A stretch of DNA of 64,000 bases from Candidatus Altiarchaeota archaeon (GTDB lineage Archaea > Altiarchaeota > Altiarchaeia > IMC4 > SCGC-AAA252-I15), in NCBI GenBank assembly GCA_043813075.1, contig JBDRLL010000033.1:6574-70573 (forward strand), in the 5' to 3' direction. Shown here piece by piece: positions 47,750 through 56,411 of the stretch. Position 1 is the stretch's first letter. Each line of letters opens with the position of its first letter. Below the pieces are notes generated by a model. The model made no database searches. It was not told where the DNA came from and saw nothing but the letters and a program-made list of their open reading frames with translations. The position numbers and the translations under genes were made by a program.

Positions 47750-50700
47750 CTAGAACAGGCCTGTGAAGAAGTCCACTATAGTGTCGATGATGCCCTTCTT
47801 CCGTGGTTTAGGCGCCTGCCTCTTTATCGTCGTCGTCGGCTTCATTGTTGTCGTAGTCGGCTTGAGGGTTGTGACGACCTGCATAGTGGTCGGCGGCGAC
47901 ATCAACGTGGTGGTAGGCTTCACTGTCGTGGTCGTGGGCTTAAGGGTCGTTGTCGTCGGCTTAAGCGTGGTGGTGGGCTTCAAAGTCGTCGGAACCACAG
48001 CACCCTCGGCCATTATGAATCCTACTACGGACTTGTAGCCGTTCTTAGTCACCTCCAGGTCGTATCTGCCGGGTGTTGTTGGCGTGAAGAAGACGTTGCC
48101 CATCGCATCGGTCCTGGCGAAGAACACCTCAACCTCATCCCTCAACACCTTCACTGCAGCATCCCATATGTATGGTCCCGTACCCCTCTTGTTGTCCAGC
48201 CTAATCCTGATACGGAGGGGGTTCCCGGCCGGGCCGAACTCTGGAGCATCTATGTAGAGCCTCTTCTTGCTTATGGATCCGCCGCCTGTGGCAGGGGGGT
48301 TGAGCTGGCCCCCAGCCCACACTGAGAACTCGCAGAACGGTATGCGCCACACACAGTATCCGCCTGCACTGCTGATTAGTGCGGCTTCAGAGGTACGGTC
48401 CACACAGTTCTCGCCGTTGTCGTCGCAGTGCCATAGGGAATCGCATCCCCCGCCCGACTCAGGTATCTTAAGCCTGCATTCCTCAGGGTGGAGGTTGTTG
48501 ATGATCTTGTCCCTCGTCTGTTGTGGGAGGCCGACGAACCCTATGCCGCCGCTGGTCCCCTGCTTTATCGCTCCTGCGTCGCTTATGGTGCGCACCTTGT
48601 CGTTTAGCGATGTCTTGCTGAGGTGGCAGTTCAGGAACTGCATGAATGTGGTGTTGGTGTTCTTCTCCAGTTTTATGTCCGCAGACCTGCCGTCAGTGTA
48701 GTTCGTCCTCATCCCCGCGTCCGCACCGCACATCTGGCCTTGCATGTGCTCGTAGGTGCCGTCCCGGTCCAGGTCGTAGCTAACCACCCAAGAGCTGGGC
48801 GCCTTTATCCTGGTCACGAAATTGCAGTACGGGCATCTGTCCGCGCTGGTTGTCGTGAAGTTGCTGCACTTGCTTGTCGTGCACCTGCCGTTGGTGTCGC
48901 ATATCTGCAGCTTGTAGAAGTAGGTGGTCGACGCCAGCAGGTCGTAGTCCAGGGAGTTGACTCCGCCGTCATTGTATATGTCCCCGATATGCCATACCTT
49001 GAACTCCTTGCTCAGGTTGCTGAGTATGCCTATGTCATGGATGTACGTCACGTTGCCGGTGCACCCTGAAGTCGTGTTGTAGAACAACACTGAGCCGTTG
49101 GTCGGCTTGTTGGTGTCATACATTATCATCGCCGCGTCTGGATACTCCTCTATCTTGGCTCCAACCAGCATGGGGGTGGAAGTGTCCTCGTATCCTGGAG
49201 CATGCACTCCAAGACCATTGTTCACGCAGAACGATGTTCCATAGCAGAACATGCTCTCGCAGCCCGCTGGAGTGAAGCAGTCCGCGAAATCGACGAAACC
49301 CTGCTTCATCATGTCGTTGAATTTCGAGGCGTCAGTGCCGTAGCTGAACATGTCTCCTATGTCAAAGTCCACTGAGCCTGGAGTGAACCATCCGGGCATG
49401 TCAACAATGTCTGACGGATTCGTGGCGCTGCCTGTGCAGTTGTCTGAAGCCACGAATATCCTGAAGTCCACTGACTCATTGTATAGTGTCGGATACTTCT
49501 TCAAACCCTTCTTGTCCACGGCAATCATTGGACCGCCAATCTCAGAGCACATCGCCATCTTAAAGTTGGATAACGTGATGTCTGCCGCAGTCCACTGGCC
49601 GTCAACACACCTGAACGCGTTGTATGTTTCTGACACGCTGCCGCCGGTGTAGTTGGCTTGATAGCGGAGGAGGAACTCGTAGCCCATCATGCTGCTGTTG
49701 TGCATTAGGCTGCAGTTACCTGTCTTCATTCCGTCCGTGTCCAGGTATACGAAGAGCTTCAATGGTTCTTCCCCGCTGCCTTGCTGACCCCATGCCTGAA
49801 GCATCTGGCCGTTGCAGACCGCGGACTGGCTGAAGTCGTTCATCATGGCGCCGAAGGCGAACGTGTCGCCCATGTCCTTGATGCCGAAGCCCACTATGTC
49901 CACTGAGTTGGGGGTTGCGTCGCCCATTGCATCCATGCCCAGGGGAGTTGGCGGGCCGCCCTGCATCTTCTTGAAGTTGTCGACACCCATAGCAGGGTCG
50001 CAGAGCCCGTCCATCCACATGCATCCTTCAGCGCTCCCGCATGTGCCTGCCTCGTTTATCGTGAAGCACTGGGGCTCGCAGTGGTTGTTGGTCCACGTGC
50101 AGTAGGCACTGTATGTTCCAGTCGTAGTGCATTCACCCTGCGTCTGGTAGGAGTTGCATCTGTTGGCCTTCTCCATGCAGAAGTTGTTCTCCCACAGGCA
50201 CCAGTCATTGTTATCGCATTCTGTCTCGTCGTTTATCTGCCCGCACTTGCGTGTCTCGCAGAAGCTCTGCGGGAACGGGAAGTAGGAGCAGCCTGAAGTG
50301 GCGTTGCACGCCGTCTGGTTGCCGTCGAACTGGAAGCACATCATGCCCATGCCGCCTCCGCCGAAGGAGCCTCCGCCGAATCCTATTGGATCGCAGAATC
50401 CGGTTGACCACATGCATGTGCCACTCGGAGCGTTGTCACAGTCGTTCTGGGTCTGGTACTGCATGCAGTCCGCCATACCCTCTGGATCGCACCATCCTCC
50501 GCCGAAGGGGTCCTGGAACCAGGCGCATCCCTCGGTCTGCCCGCAGACTGTTGGATTGTTATCGTACTGAACGCAGTCCACGCCGCCTGAGAACGCCTCG
50601 AAATCGCAGTGTCCGCCCACATCCTGACACCACTGGTCATTCTGTGCCTCAGGAGAGTTGCACCACTCGTCCTGAACCCACACGCAGTTCGAGTCGGCGT

Positions 50701-52912
50701 CGCACGCCTGCTCGCCCAGCGGGAAGCATTCCTCGCCCATTTTCCAGTTCATCACGCATTCTCCGCCTCCCGGTGGCTGATGCCATTCGCAGCTCTCGTT
50801 TTGAATCCCGCAAGCCGTCTGGTTGCCGTCGAACTGGAAGCAGAATGCTCCAGCCATATCGCACCATCCGCCCCACGCGTCGGTCATCCAGAGGCATCCG
50901 TCAGCGTCGTTGCATGATGTCTCGTCGTTGTATGCGAAGCAGTTCCCTCCGCCGCCACCGCATGCAGAGTCGCCGAAGCACCCGCTGTCAGCGCAGTCTA
51001 TAGAGTCATCGTCATCGTCGTCCACACCGTTCCAGCATACTTCAGTGGCTCCTGAAGCGGGCTGGCACATTCCGGCGCCGTCACTCCATTTGCACGCTCC
51101 CGCAGTCCCACGACCCATGTTGTTGCAGTCCTCTCGTTCATAGCACCGGTCGCACGCGTCCGCGCAGGTCTTGTCTCCCTTCGGCACGCAGATGCTCAGT
51201 GAAGTATCCCACTTGCAGTTAGCCTTGCTGTTGTCGCACTCCTTCTGCGGGCTCGGCAGGTACTCGCATCCAGCACAGTCAGTCTGGCAGTCGCCGGCCA
51301 GACCCTTCTTGAGTGCGTCGGCGGGCTCGCAGTATCCGTAGCCGTTGGGTGCGTTAGATTCCTGGATGAACGTGCATCCTCTTGGGGAGTTCTGGCATGC
51401 CGTCTGGGCTGACGACAGGCTTGTGACGTTGTTTCCGTTGCTGTCGTAGTATTCGCACGCGAAGCACGCCTTCTTGCAGTTCCGCTCCTCATCGAACTTG
51501 TTCTCGCATCTTCCGGCAGGCACTGCAATCCATGACTCGCCGGACTGCTCGCAGTATGACTCCATAATCCACTTGCCGCCAGCGTATTCGCACGACTGCT
51601 TGTTGTCTATCTGCGAGACCTTGTCTGCGCCGGAGTCGCCGCTCTTGAACTGGCATTGGCTTGCCGCAGTATTCCATTCGCAGGGCATATACCATGGGCT
51701 GCCCGCTATCTGTTGGCAGAGTTGCTGGTTGTTGTAGGCGTTATAGTCTTCACAATACATCGCACCTTCGGGGGGCGGTTCTATGTCATCCCAGCATGAG
51801 GGGCTGTACGTGTCCTGGCATGCGCCGGCACTCCACTCGCAGCATGTGGGTAAGACAGGTATCTTGTTGCACATGTCGGAGTCGGTTATGTTAGCGCAGA
51901 ATATCTCCTCAGAGCCCTGGCATTCATTGTTCTGCCATGAGCATCCGTCGACGTTACCGCAGGCCGTCTCCGACACGTCGAAGATGTAGCAGCCTGGACT
52001 CCACTTGTCAAAGAAGGTTCCGCCACCTAGCGGCTCGACACATTCCCCCGCATTGAAATCCCAGAAACAGAACATTGTGTCGAAACATTCCCTGTCAGTG
52101 GTGAAGTCTGAGCAGGATTCAGTGAAGTTGCGGAAGCACCAGCCGCCGTTCCCATCCCACACGCATTCGATGCCGTACTGGTTGTTGACGCATCCATCCT
52201 CGGTCGCTGCGCCCTGGAGGGTTATGTTGTCGAAGAGCCAGCACTGCACTTCCTCGCAGTGCCCGCCGCCGGAGGGGGTGAACCAGAAGCAGTCCGCGTT
52301 CTCGCAGTTGTTCTCAGTATTGTATTGGCTGCAGTCCACCCAACCGCAGTATGGGGCGTCCCACTGGCATCCTGATCTGGCGTTGCATGCCGTCTGGTTT
52401 CCGTCCAGTTCATTGCAGGTTGACTCGTAGCAGTAGTTTGAATTATTGTTCCACATGCAGTTTCCAGCACCCATGCCTTTCTTGCCGAGGCATGATGAGG
52501 AGCTCGTGTATTGGTCGCATGGTATTCCATGGCATATTCCGTTGATGTCCCATACGCAGGTTATTCCAGCAGCATTGTTTTCGCAGGTGTTTGTGTTAGT
52601 GTTGTCGAAGTTCCAGCATCCTTTCTCCTCGCACCATCCCTGCACCTGCATGTCGGTCCTCCAGATGCATGACTTGTTTATGGTGTTGGTGGAGTTGGAG
52701 CAGGATTCATTAGCCCATAGGGCCCAGCAGCCCTTCTGCTCGCACCAGGAGCCCATCGGGTCGTTGCGGTAGTCGCATTCGGAGAAGCTGTTGCATAGAG
52801 TCTCGTTTTCATCGTACTGGGAACAGTCCTCCACCGCCGAAACAGACAGAACAACATAGAATATGAATCCCAGCGCCAGAATGGAAAATATTTTTCCTGC
52901 ATTCATTTGCAC
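47750..52912 (-). CDS. Giant secreted Cys-rich modular surface protein (1720 aa) with Thr/Pro/Lys stalk
   Basis: It has a signal peptide (MQMNAGKIFSILALGFIFYVVLSVSA). Roughly 20 copies of a four-Cys module (C-x2-[YF]-x4-6-C-x4-7-C-x-W-x3-9-C) occupy about 49990-52840, and many N-x-S/T sequons are present. Central beta-rich regions and a prealbumin-like domain (TDAMGNVFFTPTTPGRYDLEVTKNGY) follow. The C-terminus has (T)nLKP repeats and a short hydrophobic end, GIIDTIVDFFTGLF. Confidence 0.85.
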   Translation of the reverse strand: MQMNAGKIFSILALGFIFYVVLSVSAVEDCSQYDENETLCNSFSECDYRNDPMGSWCEQKGCWALWANESCSNSTNTINKSCIWRTDMQVQGWCEEKGCWNFDNTNTNTCENNAAGITCVWDINGICHGIPCDQYTSSSSCLGKKGMGAGNCMWNNNSNYCYESTCNELDGNQTACNARSGCQWDAPYCGWVDCSQYNTENNCENADCFWFTPSGGGHCEEVQCWLFDNITLQGAATEDGCVNNQYGIECVWDGNGGWCFRNFTESCSDFTTDRECFDTMFCFWDFNAGECVEPLGGGTFFDKWSPGCYIFDVSETACGNVDGCSWQNNECQGSEEIFCANITDSDMCNKIPVLPTCCEWSAGACQDTYSPSCWDDIEPPPEGAMYCEDYNAYNNQQLCQQIAGSPWYMPCEWNTAASQCQFKSGDSGADKVSQIDNKQSCEYAGGKWIMESYCEQSGESWIAVPAGRCENKFDEERNCKKACFACEYYDSNGNNVTSLSSAQTACQNSPRGCTFIQESNAPNGYGYCEPADALKKGLAGDCQTDCAGCEYLPSPQKECDNSKANCKWDTSLSICVPKGDKTCADACDRCYEREDCNNMGRGTAGACKWSDGAGMCQPASGATEVCWNGVDDDDDDSIDCADSGCFGDSACGGGGGNCFAYNDETSCNDADGCLWMTDAWGGWCDMAGAFCFQFDGNQTACGIQNESCEWHQPPGGGECVMNWKMGEECFPLGEQACDADSNCVWVQDEWCNSPEAQNDQWCQDVGGHCDFEAFSGGVDCVQYDNNPTVCGQTEGCAWFQDPFGGGWCDPEGMADCMQYQTQNDCDNAPSGTCMWSTGFCDPIGFGGGSFGGGGMGMMCFQFDGNQTACNATSGCSYFPFPQSFCETRKCGQINDETECDNNDWCLWENNFCMEKANRCNSYQTQGECTTTGTYSAYCTWTNNHCEPQCFTINEAGTCGSAEGCMWMDGLCDPAMGVDNFKKMQGGPPTPLGMDAMGDATPNSVDIVGFGIKDMGDTFAFGAMMNDFSQSAVCNGQMLQAWGQQGSGEEPLKLFVYLDTDGMKTGNCSLMHNSSMMGYEFLLRYQANYTGGSVSETYNAFRCVDGQWTAADITLSNFKMAMCSEIGGPMIAVDKKGLKKYPTLYNESVDFRIFVASDNCTGSATNPSDIVDMPGWFTPGSVDFDIGDMFSYGTDASKFNDMMKQGFVDFADCFTPAGCESMFCYGTSFCVNNGLGVHAPGYEDTSTPMLVGAKIEEYPDAAMIMYDTNKPTNGSVLFYNTTSGCTGNVTYIHDIGILSNLSKEFKVWHIGDIYNDGGVNSLDYDLLASTTYFYKLQICDTNGRCTTSKCSNFTTTSADRCPYCNFVTRIKAPSSWVVSYDLDRDGTYEHMQGQMCGADAGMRTNYTDGRSADIKLEKNTNTTFMQFLNCHLSKTSLNDKVRTISDAGAIKQGTSGGIGFVGLPQQTRDKIINNLHPEECRLKIPESGGGCDSLWHCDDNGENCVDRTSEAALISSAGGYCVWRIPFCEFSVWAGGQLNPPATGGGSISKKRLYIDAPEFGPAGNPLRIRIRLDNKRGTGPYIWDAAVKVLRDEVEVFFARTDAMGNVFFTPTTPGRYDLEVTKNGYKSVVGFIMAEGAVVPTTLKPTTTLKPTTTTLKPTTTTVKPTTTLMSPPTTMQVVTTLKPTTTTMKPTTTIKRQAPKPRKKGIIDTIVDFFTGLF
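47828..47992 (-). repeat. Imperfect tandem 18-21 nt coding repeats for PTT(T)(T)[LVM]K
   Basis: The plus strand shows reiterated gtcgtcgt/ggtggtgg-ggctt[c/a]a units. They translate to PTTLKPTTTLKPTTTTLKPTTTTVKPTTT...TTLKPTTTTMKPTTT. Confidence 0.8.
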
Positions 52913-52972
52913 ACCAACAGAACTGCGTTAATGTAGAATTAGATTTCAATAGTATATATATTGTGCGCTATT

Positions 52973-54370
52973 TTATTTTTTTCGTTCGTAGACGCCTGGG
53001 AACCTGGTCCTACGGTAGTCTTTAGACAGCCCGCACGCCCTCAAGTCTATCAGCGTGTCAGATATTATCCCAGGCTTCTTCTTTTTTATGAGACTGCACG
53101 TGTCATAGTCATCGTATCTCCCGCCCGTGACCATGTTGTACGTGTCAAGACCCTTCCCATGGTGCAGTGAATACCAGAAGTAGTGGAGGTCCCGCCTGTA
53201 GAGGTTGAAGTTTATGTCCCCGTCGTACACGTAGTCTCCTGCAGACGTCTTGAAAGGCACGAGCTCCACCACCCCAAGCTGCTGCCGGTAGTCTGGGTAG
53301 AGAGTCTGCACGGTTGCCAGGGAATAGAGTAGGGGCACTGAGACCATCGCCAGAACCGCTATAAAACGGTAGGCTGGCCGGATTCTGGGGAATAGCCTCT
53401 CCGTCAGGAGTATGGACGCCAGTATGGAAATCAACGGTATCAGAGGGAGGAAGTACTGTCGGTGGGGTAGTTTAACTGTGAAAAGGGAGGCGGCAAGCAG
53501 GAGGGAGAGGAACGATATGGTCTTCACCCCATTCCGGGGGGAGTTCTTGAGCAGGTAGGGTATTGCGAAGAGGCCTATGGCCCATAGGAAGACGTTTATC
53601 CATAGGCTGTATATCTGCTGGGTTATGGGGAATGATTGCATGAGGTACACGTTCACCAGCCAGTTGGTGACGTAGTAGTCTTGTAGAGAGCCGGACGCGT
53701 ACAGTAGGAGTAGGAACAGGATGAATGGGGTGATGAAAAACAGGGAGTACAATCCGACATCACGCAGCGCCGGAACACGCCTCTCTCTCGAAAGGACGTG
53801 GTGCAATAGCACGGCGTATATGCCGGCAGCCAGGAACAACGCCTTCTGGGAGAATAGGACCGCTATTGAGAGATAAAGTGCGGACAACGCCAGCCGACGG
53901 CTGGAACCATCATGCGAGAGGAGGTAGTATAAGGAGGCCATTCCCAGGAGCGTCTGAATCCCTGCTGGACGTACCTCAACCACCTTGTCTATGAAAATCA
54001 GGCAGCTGGACATGAGGATGATGGACAGCATCCGCGTCTCCGTTGAATCGGAAAGCCTCCTGGAAACCAGGTAAGTTAAGTAGATTATGCCGTAGGCCAC
54101 TGCGAGCATGAGCAGCCTGCATGCGAACAGGGTTGTTGTCGTCTCCCCGAACAGGAGGATTACGGGGGCGAGGAGATACCATAGTAGGGGGTTATGATGC
54201 TGGAAGAAGTCCCTGTAGGGGATGTAACCGTTAAGGACATACCATGCGGAATGCACGTGCTCGAACTCGTCGTGGTCAAACACCCTGAAGAAAGAGTTCA
54301 GTGAAACGACTATGACGCACACTAGCAGGATCCCGTAAAGCGAATTGAGGTATAGCTGATTCTCGTCCAA
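52973..54370 (-). CDS. GT-C fold membrane glycosyltransferase, PMT/ArnT-like (GT39/GT83-type)
   Basis: It has a TTG start and about 11 predicted TM helices. The first-loop acidic motif VFDHDEFEHVH resembles the FDE-xHF loop-1 motif of protein O-mannosyltransferases. A C-terminal soluble domain is present. Confidence 0.6.
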   Translation of the reverse strand: MDENQLYLNSLYGILLVCVIVVSLNSFFRVFDHDEFEHVHSAWYVLNGYIPYRDFFQHHNPLLWYLLAPVILLFGETTTTLFACRLLMLAVAYGIIYLTYLVSRRLSDSTETRMLSIILMSSCLIFIDKVVEVRPAGIQTLLGMASLYYLLSHDGSSRRLALSALYLSIAVLFSQKALFLAAGIYAVLLHHVLSRERRVPALRDVGLYSLFFITPFILFLLLLYASGSLQDYYVTNWLVNVYLMQSFPITQQIYSLWINVFLWAIGLFAIPYLLKNSPRNGVKTISFLSLLLAASLFTVKLPHRQYFLPLIPLISILASILLTERLFPRIRPAYRFIAVLAMVSVPLLYSLATVQTLYPDYRQQLGVVELVPFKTSAGDYVYDGDINFNLYRRDLHYFWYSLHHGKGLDTYNMVTGGRYDDYDTCSLIKKKKPGIISDTLIDLRACGLSKDYRRTRFPGVYERKK

Positions 54371-54418
54371 CTGGAAGCACCATTAAAATAAGAAAACCTA
54401 GAGGCTTATATCCTGAAG

Positions 54419-55762
54419 TCAGACTATCTTCCTGCACTCCAGGTAGTACTTCTTCTCGTCAGCGTGACCCATCGAAACGCTCTTCCTCGGGAAGGCGCCG
54501 TGAAGCAGGACCGACTTGAACAGGCTCTTCTTGGAGTAGCGGGGCATGTAGAATCCCACGTTACCCTCCCTCGATCCCATTGACCGGAGAACATCCTCGC
54601 CGTGGACGAACTCCATTGCGGAACCACTCCTCGAGTCGGTGTATCCGACGAGAAACGCTTCAAGAGTCTCAGTCTCGAAATTGTGCTTAGGATTACCGAC
54701 GGAGAATATGCCGTAGCCGTCGGAATGAACGAACGGTATGTTGTGGAGGCCGTCCTTCCCGAGTATCTCAAGGCGTTCGAACATCTCCTCCTCAGAGTCG
54801 AAACGCTCGACACTGAAGCCAGACCCCTGCCCCTCATAGAAGACGCGCATATCATCGACCATGTCGTTGAAGTCCACGTTGAAGGCAAGACGGTGTATTG
54901 CCTCGATGGAGAGTCCCTCATCGTGTATGTTGATTAGTTCGACCATCGCATAGCGGGCAGGATGGTTCATGACAGCCTGCTGGTCTTCAGCCCCCTTTTT
55001 TATCCTGTCCCACCTCTTCCTGGCTGCGGCGAAGGAATGGTTCCCATCCCCCATGAGGTAGAGTATTATGTTCTCCGAGCCGCCGACGCCATACTTCCTC
55101 TTGAACTCGTCTGGGTCTGCCATGCGGCGGAGCTTTCCCACCACATCCATTATCAGATGCTCGTCTCCGACAGCGTATCCCCTTATGTGGCCCCCATTCA
55201 TCATGAGTTTGAAGTCGAAAAGCTTCTCCAGCTTCTTCTTGAACAAAGGCTCGATAATCTCCTTCTTGTTGTCGTCGATGAGCACGAGTATGTGGGGCAA
55301 TTCTATGGTGGCTTTCTCGCGTATCTTTATCCTAGTGTCGAGCTTGCTCAGGTAGACTCCCTCGGTGGTGCGTATTAGGGTCTTAGAATCCTTGTCATAG
55401 TCGTATTTCTCAAGGTCGAGCGCTACTATCAGCCCCCTCCGCTTCTTTCCTGAGGGGAGCGTCCTCTCAACGAGAATGAAGCATTCACGCCCCTCGTCGA
55501 GTACACCTTCATCAACGTATTCCCGCATGTTCCGGTTGATTGAATCAACAATCGCGCCATATTCGCCGGAATCCAGGTAGGCTTCCGGGAAAATCAAGTG
55601 AAGCGTGGATGGGGATCCGCCGACAAAACCCTTGACCTTCTCCCAGTATTCCTTCTGCGTGTTGTACTGGTCGCATGCTATTACAGACCACTTGGTGAGG
55701 TCAACACTCTTGTTTGGAAGAAGTATCTTCGGAACACACAGGCCGATATCCTCGAACTCCAT
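54419..55762 (-). CDS. Conserved hypothetical protein, DUF1015-like
   Basis: It has VIACDQYNTQKEYW, GDGNHSFAAAR (compare the DGHHR motif) and SIEAIHRL. The start is set at MEFEDIG (55762). Confidence 0.5.
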   Translation of the reverse strand: MEFEDIGLCVPKILLPNKSVDLTKWSVIACDQYNTQKEYWEKVKGFVGGSPSTLHLIFPEAYLDSGEYGAIVDSINRNMREYVDEGVLDEGRECFILVERTLPSGKKRRGLIVALDLEKYDYDKDSKTLIRTTEGVYLSKLDTRIKIREKATIELPHILVLIDDNKKEIIEPLFKKKLEKLFDFKLMMNGGHIRGYAVGDEHLIMDVVGKLRRMADPDEFKRKYGVGGSENIILYLMGDGNHSFAAARKRWDRIKKGAEDQQAVMNHPARYAMVELINIHDEGLSIEAIHRLAFNVDFNDMVDDMRVFYEGQGSGFSVERFDSEEEMFERLEILGKDGLHNIPFVHSDGYGIFSVGNPKHNFETETLEAFLVGYTDSRSGSAMEFVHGEDVLRSMGSREGNVGFYMPRYSKKSLFKSVLLHGAFPRKSVSMGHADEKKYYLECRKIV

Positions 55763-55873
55763 TATTAGAACACCCCGCCCCCAGGGAACATACACAATAT
55801 AACAAAGACACATTAATAAATCCTTCATGGAAAAGGATTAAACACCTTGAAAAAACAGGGGGAGGAGGAGGAT

Positions 55874-56392
55874 ATGATGCGCTGGCGCGGGGTGAACCAC
55901 ATTATTCTCACGGCAATAGCGGCGTCAATCCTCGCCACAGGATGCATTACAACCCAGACCACAGACAGGCTATCACAGGGCGATATTGCCGCCATGCATG
56001 AGGCCATCAACGACGAATACCGGCTGAAGGCATCCTACGACAGCATATTCAATGACTATGGCCGGCTGACTCCGTTCACGAACCTGCATAGTGCAGAGCA
56101 GGAGCACGTAGCAGATTTGGCTAATCTGTTCGAGAAATACCGGCTTAGGGTGCCCAAAGACAATTGGTCGAAAAGTGGGATACGCTATTCGAGCATAGAG
56201 GAGGCTTGCGTGGCGGGAGTCGAGGCTGAGAGGCAGAATGCGGCCATGTACGACAGACTAATCCCTAACGTGGAGGACCCTGATGTCAGACACGTGTTCG
56301 CAAAGCTCCGTGACGCGAGCAGGGAATACCATCTGCCGGAATTAGAGAGGTGCGTTAGGAGGGAGCGGATAAGACCCGCGGATTTAACATGA
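55874..56392 (+). CDS. Ferritin-like DUF2202-type lipoprotein
   Basis: A strong SD (GGGGGAGGAGGAGG) precedes the ATG at 55874. It has a lipobox-like ILATGC and ferritin-like helices (AINDEYRLKASYD, SAEQEHVADLANLF, EAERQNAAMYDRL, FAKLRDASREYHL). Confidence 0.6.
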   Translation: MMRWRGVNHIILTAIAASILATGCITTQTTDRLSQGDIAAMHEAINDEYRLKASYDSIFNDYGRLTPFTNLHSAEQEHVADLANLFEKYRLRVPKDNWSKSGIRYSSIEEACVAGVEAERQNAAMYDRLIPNVEDPDVRHVFAKLRDASREYHLPELERCVRRERIRPADLT

Positions 56393-56411
56393 GACAAACT
56401 CATAGATTACG

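Noticed and set aside
47828-47992. A short tandem DNA repeat that could be mistaken for a CRISPR-like or satellite array
   Set aside because: The units are 18-21 nt, contiguous without spacers, in frame and coding for PTT(T)LK. It is a protein-coding low-complexity stalk, not a CRISPR array.
50251-51003. A 250-aa plus-strand ORF, together with many 60-170-aa ORFs in both strands across 47750-52912 and 8984-14500
   Set aside because: These are Arg/Ser/Pro-rich translations with no starts backed by promoters or SD sequences. They are typical frame shadows inside long, GC-enriched genes. The two giant ORFs are uninterrupted over 5 kb, which is very unlikely by chance.
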